A stretch of 52,935 nt of DNA, from NCBI GenBank assembly GCA_024614105.1, contig GCA_024614105.1_4894.1; one strand, written 5' to 3'. A model generated the notes under the pieces. That model worked only from the letters and a program-made list of their open reading frames with translations, was not told where the DNA came from and did not search any database. Position 1 is the stretch's first letter. Each line of letters begins with the position of its first letter. A program made the translations under genes and the position numbers. This DNA is from a phage. Shown here piece by piece: positions 1-7,711 of the stretch.

Positions 1-279
1 AAAAAAACCCGTGAGGCAACAGAAGAGCTGTTGGCCACGATGCGACGCATCCAGCTGGACCCGTTGGAAGTTATGCAACGTGCTATCATACTTGCTGAAC
101 GTGAAGACGACTACAAAGCGATGATGGATGGTGCACTGGGCGTTATGCCGTACATGTATCCTAAGCTGAAAGAATCCGTTGTTAAAGCTGACATCGACCA
201 GAACCTGTCCGGTAATGGTGTTAACCTGAACATTACAATCGGTGGCCAGAAAGTGGTAGATACTACTGGGGAAGAGTAA
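1..279 (+). CDS. hypothetical protein, 5'-truncated at window edge (possibly small terminase subunit C-terminus)
   Basis: Frame 1 is open from base 1 to the stop at 277-279 and ends 3 nt before the large terminase start; call rests on position only. Confidence 0.35.
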   Translation, partial: KKTREATEELLATMRRIQLDPLEVMQRAIILAEREDDYKAMMDGALGVMPYMYPKLKESVVKADIDQNLSGNGVNLNITIGGQKVVDTTGEE

Positions 280-282
280 TAA

Positions 283-1731
283 ATGAACCTTGACTTTCAC
301 CTGCATGACAGACAAGGTGCCGCTCTGCAGTCTCAGGCAACTGAGATTCTGTACGGCGGTGCTGCTGGTGGTGGTAAGTCTCACCTTATGCGTGTAATGT
401 CAATTATCATGTGTTGCATGATACCTGACTTGCAGATTTACCTTTTCCGCCGAAACTATAACGACCTTACGGCTAACCACATGGTCGGCCCAACAAGTTA
501 TCCTGCCTTGCTGGATGGTATGTGCAAAGCTGGCAAGTGCAAGATTAACTACTCGAGCAACACGATTAAATTCTGGAACGGTGCGAACATTAAGCTTTGT
601 CACCTCCAGTATGAAAAAGATATTTATACCTACCAGGGCGCGGAGATTCACGTTCTGCTGATGGATGAGCTTACTCACTTCACAGAAACGATGTACCGCT
701 TCTTGCGTAACCGTGTCCGACTCGGTGCTCTCAAAGTACCTGAGAACTTTTTCCGGCCACTACCACTCATCTTTTGTGGGTCAAACCCCGGCGGTGTTGG
801 TCACAACTGGGTCAAGCGTACTTTCGTAACTGCTGCTCCTCCGATGAAAATCGTTAAGCAGGATAAACGTGAAGGTGGTATGGCGCGTCAGTACATTCCG
901 GCTAAGATGACTGATAACCCTACACTGATGGAAAACGACCCTGACTACGGTGACCGTCTTGAAGGTCTTGGTGACCCGGCTCTTGTTGCCGCGATGAAAG
1001 AGGGTGACTGGGATATTGTTGCTGGTGGTGCGCTTGATGACGTATGGTCAACCAAGTGTATTCTGCCACGTATGCGTATTCCGAAAGGCTGGACTATCGA
1101 ACGTTCTCTCGACTGGGGTTCTACTCACCCGTTCTCTGTTGGTATCTGGGCTATTGCAAATGGTGCCTCGCTTACAGACGACGAAGGCAATGAGTACTTT
1201 ATTCCACGTGGTTCAATTATACGTATAGCTGAATGGTATGGGTGCTCTGAAAAAGAAGCTAACAGGGGTATTAAGCTATCTGCTGCCGAAGTCGCTCAAG
1301 GTGTTCTTCGCCTACAGGAAAATCTGCAGACTGGTGGCTGGATTCAAAGCAACGTTAATCCTGGTCCGGCTGATAGTCAGATTTATGCGTGCAAAGAAAA
1401 AGACGTTGAGACTATCGCGAAGAAAATGGAAGACGAAGGCGTAACCTGGGTCAAAGCCGACAAGTCGCAAGGTTCGAGAATAAATGGCTTAGAGCTATTC
1501 CGTCAGCTTCTGAAAAATGTTAAGATGGACGAAACGGAAAAGCCGGGCATTTATTTCATGGAAAACTGTCCAGCAGCCATAAACACGTTGCCGGTTCTGC
1601 CGCGTGACAAGAACAACACGGAAGATGTCGACACGAACTCTGAAGACCACGTATACGATGATTGTCGTTACATGGTGTTGCGTGGCATCAACCGTTATAC
1701 TACCAAGCTCAAAATAAATATGGGACGGTAA
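283..1731 (+). CDS. terL: terminase large subunit
   Basis: 482 aa; N-terminal Walker A-like GGAAGGGKSH, downstream acidic LLMDELTHF; RBS GGGGAAGAG; portal gene follows 2 nt later. Confidence 0.85.
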   Translation: MNLDFHLHDRQGAALQSQATEILYGGAAGGGKSHLMRVMSIIMCCMIPDLQIYLFRRNYNDLTANHMVGPTSYPALLDGMCKAGKCKINYSSNTIKFWNGANIKLCHLQYEKDIYTYQGAEIHVLLMDELTHFTETMYRFLRNRVRLGALKVPENFFRPLPLIFCGSNPGGVGHNWVKRTFVTAAPPMKIVKQDKREGGMARQYIPAKMTDNPTLMENDPDYGDRLEGLGDPALVAAMKEGDWDIVAGGALDDVWSTKCILPRMRIPKGWTIERSLDWGSTHPFSVGIWAIANGASLTDDEGNEYFIPRGSIIRIAEWYGCSEKEANRGIKLSAAEVAQGVLRLQENLQTGGWIQSNVNPGPADSQIYACKEKDVETIAKKMEDEGVTWVKADKSQGSRINGLELFRQLLKNVKMDETEKPGIYFMENCPAAINTLPVLPRDKNNTEDVDTNSEDHVYDDCRYMVLRGINRYTTKLKINMGR

Positions 1732-1732
1732 A

Positions 1733-3295
1733 ATGTCGATAACCCCAAGCAGCACGCCGAACGTCGGATACCAGCGTCCTGAGCTGACTAAGAACGCTGG
1801 TAAGTACCGAATGATTAAGGACTGCATCGAGGGTCAGGAAGCTGTTAAAGCACGCGGTGATTTCTACTTGCCCCGTCCTGACCCTACGAACTGCACAGAA
1901 GAAAACATGATGCGGTACAATTCGTACTTGCGTCGCGCTGTGTTCTACAACGTACTGCAGCGAACTCTTTCGGGTATGACTGGTCTGGTATTCCAGCAGC
2001 AGCCTGAGATGTTGATGCCTGACGATATGGAAGTGCTGAAAGTAAATATCGACGGTGCAGGCATTGGCGCTATTCAGCAAATGCGTAAGTGCTTCAAGTC
2101 TGTTCTGGCTTTTGGTCGCGCAGGTCTGCTGACTGACTTCCCTAAAGCACGTATCGGTGAATTTGGCGAGTCCATTGGCTTTACACGTAAAGAGCTGATG
2201 GACGGAGAAGTACAGCCAACTGTAACGCTGTATATGCCATGGCAGATTATAAACTGGCGGGAAGAGTATCGCAACGGTAAAGTGATGCTCACTCAGGTTG
2301 TCATTTGCGAACAGATACCGGGGGTTACTGATGGCTTTCAGCAAGACTACACACCCGTGTGGCGTCACCTTTACCTGGATGAAGAAGGCAATTGCAACCA
2401 GTCTTTGTGGGTCAATAAGGGCGACAAGAATGCGCAGAATGTCTCCGGTGGTGCGTTGTACGTCACGCAGGAAAATGTTGTCTTACGCGACTCCAATGGC
2501 TTACCGTTGAAGTTTATTCCGTTCCAGTTTATTGGTTCTGAAACAAACAGCGCTGAGATTGACCCTCCGCCGATGTACGACTTAGCTGTGCTTAATATTG
2601 CACACTACCGTAACTCTGCTGACTACGAAGAGTCATGCTTCGTAACAGGTCAACCCACAGTATGGGCGTCTGGTCTTACTGAGGCATGGGTTGAAGATGT
2701 TCTGAAGGGTGAACTGCGACTCGGTTCGTTTGGTGGTATTCCGCTGCCGGCTAACGCCGCTGTAGGTATTATCCAGACCAGCCCTAATACCCAGCCGTTT
2801 GAAGCGATGAAGCAAAAAGAAGCACAGATGATTGCAATCGGTGCTCGTCTGATTCGTGAGAATGGTAAGGTAGAACGACGCGAAGTTGAGATTAAGAATG
2901 AAGCGGCGTCTGAAGCTTCGCTTATCGTAACTGTTGCGCAGAACGTTGAAGCTGCTTATCGTAAGGCAATCGAATGGTGTGGCCTGTTCTACGGACACCC
3001 TAAAGAAGAAATTACGATTAACCTCAGCTACAACTTCATATATAGCCAGTTGACTTATCAAGAACGTCAGCAACTGGTTAACGAATGGATTGCCGGTGCT
3101 ATCACGTTTAGTGAGATGCGTAGCAATCTTAAACAGGCTGGCATTGCTAAGCTCACCGACGAAGAAGCCAAGAAGCTAATTGATGAAGAGCTGGCTGAAC
3201 GTGATGCGCGTGAGGTAGCAAAAGAAGCAGAAAAGAACGCTCAAGCAGCTAAGAACAGCGATGGGCAGGAAAATAATCCAGAAAAAACTGAATAA
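1733..3295 (+). CDS. portal protein
   Basis: 520 aa ORF immediately after terminase; size and position typical of portal; charged C-terminal tail. Confidence 0.7.
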   Translation: MSITPSSTPNVGYQRPELTKNAGKYRMIKDCIEGQEAVKARGDFYLPRPDPTNCTEENMMRYNSYLRRAVFYNVLQRTLSGMTGLVFQQQPEMLMPDDMEVLKVNIDGAGIGAIQQMRKCFKSVLAFGRAGLLTDFPKARIGEFGESIGFTRKELMDGEVQPTVTLYMPWQIINWREEYRNGKVMLTQVVICEQIPGVTDGFQQDYTPVWRHLYLDEEGNCNQSLWVNKGDKNAQNVSGGALYVTQENVVLRDSNGLPLKFIPFQFIGSETNSAEIDPPPMYDLAVLNIAHYRNSADYEESCFVTGQPTVWASGLTEAWVEDVLKGELRLGSFGGIPLPANAAVGIIQTSPNTQPFEAMKQKEAQMIAIGARLIRENGKVERREVEIKNEAASEASLIVTVAQNVEAAYRKAIEWCGLFYGHPKEEITINLSYNFIYSQLTYQERQQLVNEWIAGAITFSEMRSNLKQAGIAKLTDEEAKKLIDEELAERDAREVAKEAEKNAQAAKNSDGQENNPEKTE

Positions 3296-3300
3296 AGCTA

Positions 3301-3329
3301 TTTACTTTCGGTTTACCTGGCTATATAAT
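3301..3329 (+). promoter_or_regulatory. sigma70-type promoter (TTTACT-N17-TATAAT)
   Basis: -35 TTTACT 3301-3306, -10 TATAAT 3324-3329; upstream of scaffold-capsid genes. Confidence 0.55.
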
Positions 3330-3336
3330 CCTTCAT

Positions 3337-3410
3337 GTCAACCGCGCAACAGCCGGCCACGAGAGTCTGCAGGGCTCAGTGGATTTCGGATGGCTGGCTG
3401 CGCGGTTTGA
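3337..3410 (+). other. GC-rich structured leader element (long imperfect stem-loop)
   Basis: GTCAACCGCGCAACAGCC pairs with GGCTGGCTGCGCGGTTTGAC around a 37-nt internal region; between promoter 3301-3329 and scaffold start. Confidence 0.4.
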
Positions 3411-3472
3411 CCCAAACCTGTTCGGAGCCCACTTGAGTGGATTGAGCCCCTCTCATATAGGATTGTAAAATT

Positions 3473-4186
3473 ATGGCACTTAAAACAGTTGTAACTGACC
3501 TTAACGAAGTTGATGAAGGCTTCCGTGGCCTGTATATCAAAGACGACGCGTCCGGTGCGTTTCGTTTGGATGTTGAACCAGACGAAAAAACGCTGAAAGA
3601 ATTAGAAGACCTGCGCAAAGAAAAACAGCGTATGGAGCAGCACACCAAAAAACTTCTCGAAGAGAAGAAAAAAGAAGCTGAACGTGCTCGCCTCGCTGAA
3701 GAAGAACGCGCACGTCGTGAGCGTGATGTTGAATCTCTTGAGCGTTCAATCAAAGAGAAGCATCAGGCTGAACTTGAACAGTATACCAGTCGTCAGGCAC
3801 AGCTGCAAGCACAGCTGGAAGCGCAGATGGTTGATAACATCGCGTTGAACCTGGCTAACCAACTCTCTGACACCCCGGCATTAATTATGCCACACATCAA
3901 GGCCCGACTGCGCGCTCAGGAAATTGATGGTAAGTGGCGTACTATCGTCGTGGATGTTATGGGTAACCCGACTGCTACAACGCCAGATGAGCTAGTGGAG
4001 CATATGCGCGCTGATAAGCAGTTTGCACCTCTTGTGCGTGGAACCAAGGCTGGCGGTGGCGGTGCCAACGGCGGCGGAGCTAATCCTGGTGGGAACGGCG
4101 GTGGCGAACAGCACACTTTCGGGGGCGGGGATGACCGCATAGCACGTGCTCGTGCTAAAATCCAAAACACACAATGGGGCAAATAA
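3473..4186 (+). CDS. scaffolding protein
   Basis: 237 aa, Glu/Lys/Arg/Ala-rich coiled-coil-like core (EEKKKEAERARLAEEERARRERD) and Gly-rich tail; sits between portal and capsid genes. Confidence 0.55.
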   Translation: MALKTVVTDLNEVDEGFRGLYIKDDASGAFRLDVEPDEKTLKELEDLRKEKQRMEQHTKKLLEEKKKEAERARLAEEERARRERDVESLERSIKEKHQAELEQYTSRQAQLQAQLEAQMVDNIALNLANQLSDTPALIMPHIKARLRAQEIDGKWRTIVVDVMGNPTATTPDELVEHMRADKQFAPLVRGTKAGGGGANGGGANPGGNGGGEQHTFGGGDDRIARARAKIQNTQWGK

Positions 4187-4189
4187 GTT

Positions 4190-5167
4190 ATGTCACTGTA
4201 TATTTTTAACGAACAAGTACGTTCTACCGCCACCGAACTGGTCGACCAGGACGTACAGAAGTTCAACGAAGCTTCTGCAGGTACCCTTATCCTGGGTAAC
4301 CAGTACGTAATTGGTGATTACGTTGAGCAGGCAATGTGGCAGCTGGTTGACGGCATCGCTACTCGCCGTAATGCTTACGCAGGCACCAACAAAGTTGATG
4401 CGCAGACTCTGGGCCAGATTCTGGACCGCTCTGTTAAAATCGACGGCCGTGTTGGTCCTCTGAACATTACCGGTACTATGATGCGTCGCATCGGTGCAGG
4501 CGATACTGAACCAGCAGCTGTTGTCGCTGCACAGGCTTCTGCTGCAATGTTCCAGGATTACCTGAACACCACTGCTGCATGTCTGGTAGCTGCTATCGGC
4601 GCAAACGCTGATGTTGTTCTGGACGTAACTTCAGGCTCCGGTGCTGCTGCAAACATCACCATGCAGAACCTGAACAAAGTCAACGCTAAGATGGGTGACC
4701 GTTCTCAGCAGATTCGTGCGTACATCATGCACTCTACTGCGTTCCACTCCCTCATCGATCAGGCTATCAATAACACGGAACATCTGTTCCAGATTGGTGA
4801 CCTGAACGTGTACAAAGACTTCCTGGGTCGTCGTTATGTCGTTTCCGACATCCCGGCTCTGGTTGATGGCGCTGGTTCTTCCGCTAAGTACCGCACTCTG
4901 GGTCTGACCCCGTCTGCTGCAATCGTTCAGGTCGGCGGCCTGTACGACATGGTTACCTCCGAGCAAACCGGTGGTGAAAACATCCTGCGTCAGATGCAGG
5001 GTGAATACGACTTCAACGTGTCGCTGAAAGGCTACAGCTGGGTCGGTCACAAAGCTGGTCAGTCTCCGACTGATGAAGACCTGGCTGCTCAGGCGTCCTG
5101 GTCTAAAGTTGCGACTTCCAACAAAGACACCGCTGGTGTTATGTTGCTGGCTAAGTCTGCAATCTAA
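4190..5167 (+). CDS. major capsid protein
   Basis: 325 aa ORF directly after scaffold gene, followed by a strong intrinsic terminator; Ala/Gly/Thr-rich; position-based. Confidence 0.65.
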   Translation: MSLYIFNEQVRSTATELVDQDVQKFNEASAGTLILGNQYVIGDYVEQAMWQLVDGIATRRNAYAGTNKVDAQTLGQILDRSVKIDGRVGPLNITGTMMRRIGAGDTEPAAVVAAQASAAMFQDYLNTTAACLVAAIGANADVVLDVTSGSGAAANITMQNLNKVNAKMGDRSQQIRAYIMHSTAFHSLIDQAINNTEHLFQIGDLNVYKDFLGRRYVVSDIPALVDGAGSSAKYRTLGLTPSAAIVQVGGLYDMVTSEQTGGENILRQMQGEYDFNVSLKGYSWVGHKAGQSPTDEDLAAQASWSKVATSNKDTAGVMLLAKSAI

Positions 5168-5188
5168 CCCACAAACGGGACTAACAAA

Positions 5189-5216
5189 AGGCGGGCTGAC
5201 GAGCTCGCCTTTTTTA
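5189..5216 (+). terminator. intrinsic terminator after capsid gene
   Basis: GC-rich hairpin AGGCGGGCT / AGCTCGCCT followed by TTTTTT. Confidence 0.65.
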
Positions 5217-5245
5217 TTTACACGTATAAAGTTCTGGTATATAAT
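5217..5245 (+). promoter_or_regulatory. sigma70-type promoter (TTTACA-N17-TATAAT)
   Basis: -35 5217-5222, -10 5240-5245, right after the capsid-gene terminator. Confidence 0.55.
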
Positions 5246-5271
5246 CGGACTAAACTTGCTGGAGGCTTTCT

Positions 5272-5772
5272 ATGGCATACACACTTGTTGTGGAAGACGG
5301 TTCAATTGTTCCGGGTGCTAACTCGTATGTCAGCACTGCAGAAGTTGATGAGTTTATCGCTAACGAAGGTATTCTCATTCAACCAGGAACTGACCCGTAC
5401 TACCAGGCTGCCAAAGCAGCTATTCGACTTGATAACCAGTTTAACTGGCTAGGTCGTAAGGTCAGCAAAACGCAGAACATGGCCTGGCCCCGTACTGGCC
5501 TCGGTGCATGCAATATTGACATCGCGGAGTCTGTAATTCCGCGAGAAGTTAAGCTGGCACAGCTTTATATGATGGCCAGTGTATTGAGCTACGACGGTGA
5601 AGAAGGTGTGCGTAGCGACCAGGCTTTGCGCCGTAAGAAAGTTGGTAACCTGGAGATTGAATACTTCGACTCCAAATCAGGCGTTACCGGTGCAACTGAC
5701 CTTTGGACGTCAGACGTCAAGGTCATGCTCAAGCACCTTGTGGGTGCATCCCTGATAACGCGGAGAGTATAA
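5272..5772 (+). CDS. hypothetical head completion / head-tail adaptor protein
   Basis: 166 aa; RBS GGAGG 7 nt upstream; first gene after capsid terminator and promoter. Confidence 0.4.
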   Translation: MAYTLVVEDGSIVPGANSYVSTAEVDEFIANEGILIQPGTDPYYQAAKAAIRLDNQFNWLGRKVSKTQNMAWPRTGLGACNIDIAESVIPREVKLAQLYMMASVLSYDGEEGVRSDQALRRKKVGNLEIEYFDSKSGVTGATDLWTSDVKVMLKHLVGASLITRRV

Positions 5773-6260
5773 TGATTCGTATACGCCTTGAACGTCGCGA
5801 CAAACAAAAGTTCGAGTTCACCTACCGTGCCTTTAAGTCGTTTGAGGGTCAAGGCGTATCAGTAGGTGTTCATCCAGAGCACAACAGACGTGTAAATACC
5901 AGGGGCCGTATAACAAACGCCGAGCTAGCAATGGTGCATGAGTACGGTCTTAACGGTCTGCCAGAACGAAGCTTTCTTCGTAGTGCTGTTGGTGGCAGGG
6001 GTAAAGGCCGACAGGCAATAAACAAAGCTTTCCGCGATAATGTACCTGCTGTTCTCAGAGGAAGCATGACTGCGCATGAGCTTAACGACAAAATAGGTCG
6101 TATGCTTGTTGACGCTGTTCACGACAGAATGGACAGTGACGTGCCACCGCCTAACACCGAGCTGACAGAAGAACGCAAACGCGGGCCAGGTACACTTAGA
6201 GAATCTATGCAGTTGTATGATTCGATAGGGTACAAAGTTGGCAGAAACTGGAGGCTATAA
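5772..6260 (+). CDS. hypothetical virion protein
   Basis: ATG at 5772 overlaps upstream stop (TAATG); the longer ORF from 5703 would overlap the previous gene. Confidence 0.4.
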   Translation: MIRIRLERRDKQKFEFTYRAFKSFEGQGVSVGVHPEHNRRVNTRGRITNAELAMVHEYGLNGLPERSFLRSAVGGRGKGRQAINKAFRDNVPAVLRGSMTAHELNDKIGRMLVDAVHDRMDSDVPPPNTELTEERKRGPGTLRESMQLYDSIGYKVGRNWRL

Positions 6261-6637
6261 TGCTCAAGATAACTTCGCTAATGAAGGATAAAACCTTTGT
6301 AGCATTAACAGATGTTCTTCTCCGAAATGATTCACGCTTACCAAACGGCGACTTCGAGGACGAGTATACAGCTGCAAAGTATCTGTGTAACATTCAACCT
6401 GGTGCAGCTACTAACCAGCCTAACCTGTTGACTAAAGACGATGGCGAGCATGAGTTCCCACGTATTGCGATATACTGTGGACAAGAGCTGAAGCTCGGAG
6501 ACTTCGTTATATACGAAGACCAGCCATACCGTGTATTCCGTATCGACCCATGGAGTCGTCATGGCCACTACTACGTTACAGCAATTCTCCATAAAGGACC
6601 TCAGGGAGCTCGTTCAGAAGCTTTTAACATTACCTGA
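6260..6637 (+). CDS. hypothetical virion protein
   Basis: 125 aa; TAATG coupling to upstream gene; 3' end overlaps next ORF by about 77 nt, so its true C-terminus is uncertain. Confidence 0.35.
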   Translation: MLKITSLMKDKTFVALTDVLLRNDSRLPNGDFEDEYTAAKYLCNIQPGAATNQPNLLTKDDGEHEFPRIAIYCGQELKLGDFVIYEDQPYRVFRIDPWSRHGHYYVTAILHKGPQGARSEAFNIT

Positions 6638-7088
6638 CGGTGCATGCATTATTGGTGAAGAGTCTGGTACAGTTGATGGTACGCCGTATGTTTATCTGCG
6701 TCCTGGTGATGCTTATGACTTCGGACCTCCTAGAACCAGACAAGGCTCTGACGGCTTTGAGTACGTCAGCAAGCCAATGATGACGGCTGTACGTATTACA
6801 GCTGTCGGTAAGAATGCTGCTGAGCTAATGCGTAAGCTACACATAGCACTGGGTAGTTCACCAGCTAAGCAGTTTAACCGTTTACGGCATTATGCAATAA
6901 CCAAAATATCGAAGATTGATAATGTCGGTGGTGCTATTGGTGCAGGCTATGCTCAGAAGTCAATGCTGACTGTTGATATTAGCTATGTGCATAAAGTTAA
7001 AATTGAGCAACCGTACATCTACAAGGTTGACATCACTTGTATGGATGACAACGGTAACAAAGCGACTGGTACAGTAGAGGAACCGTAA
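6561..7088 (+). CDS. hypothetical virion protein
   Basis: Start moved to ATG 6561 (MATTT..) which has RBS GGAG 5 nt upstream; the ORF track start is 6531. Confidence 0.4.
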   Translation: MATTTLQQFSIKDLRELVQKLLTLPDGACIIGEESGTVDGTPYVYLRPGDAYDFGPPRTRQGSDGFEYVSKPMMTAVRITAVGKNAAELMRKLHIALGSSPAKQFNRLRHYAITKISKIDNVGGAIGAGYAQKSMLTVDISYVHKVKIEQPYIYKVDITCMDDNGNKATGTVEEP

Positions 7089-7711
7089 TGGCAACTGAAG
7101 TAGACCCGGAACTGCAAGCGCAGCTGGATAAGCTAACCACTGCTGTCCAGCTCATTCATGACTTCGGTATGTCAGGCGACCCAAACATCCCTAACCCGGA
7201 AGGCGGTGTCATACGCACACTCGAAGGCATTAACGCTGCAATCAACGAAGCTATACCAAACTTTGAAAACGCTAACGAAGCTGCTATCCAGGCGCGTGCT
7301 GCTCGTGACGCGGCTATTGCAGCCAAAGAAGCAGCAGAAGCCGCAGCTGAACATGCTACAGTATCTTCGACGTCAGCAATCTACGAGTACGGTAACGTTG
7401 CAAGTGCAGCTACAGTGACTATACCAGCTGCATCTAAAACAATTGTCAGCCTTACTCTTAACCAGCCAAACACCGTAATTAATATCGGTGGTGTATCTGA
7501 CCCATCTACTGTTGCGCGTCAGATTACTATTGCTATTAAGCAAGGCACTGGTTCTAACAAGGTGTCTTCCTGGGACTCCAGAATAAAATGGGCCAACAAC
7601 AGGAAGCCCGTTCTGTCATTCCTTGTGGGCTACACAGATGTTGTTACGTTGCTGACCTTTGACTCAGGTGCAACTTGGATGGGTTTCTTTAACGGTGGAT
7701 GGATTAAATAA
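7088..7711 (+). CDS. hypothetical virion protein
   Basis: 207 aa; RBS GAGGAA; Ala-rich helical N-terminus. Confidence 0.45.
   Translation: MATEVDPELQAQLDKLTTAVQLIHDFGMSGDPNIPNPEGGVIRTLEGINAAINEAIPNFENANEAAIQARAARDAAIAAKEAAEAAAEHATVSSTSAIYEYGNVASAATVTIPAASKTIVSLTLNQPNTVINIGGVSDPSTVARQITIAIKQGTGSNKVSSWDSRIKWANNRKPVLSFLVGYTDVVTLLTFDSGATWMGFFNGGWIK

Noticed and set aside
400-678. Antisense and nested ORFs inside the terminase gene (400-678 minus, 1004-1228 plus, 1238-1444 plus), and the many similar small ORFs inside long genes throughout the track
   Set aside because: They lie fully within strongly supported genes, lack ribosome-binding sites and have low-complexity or hydrophobic junk-like composition typical of shadow frames.
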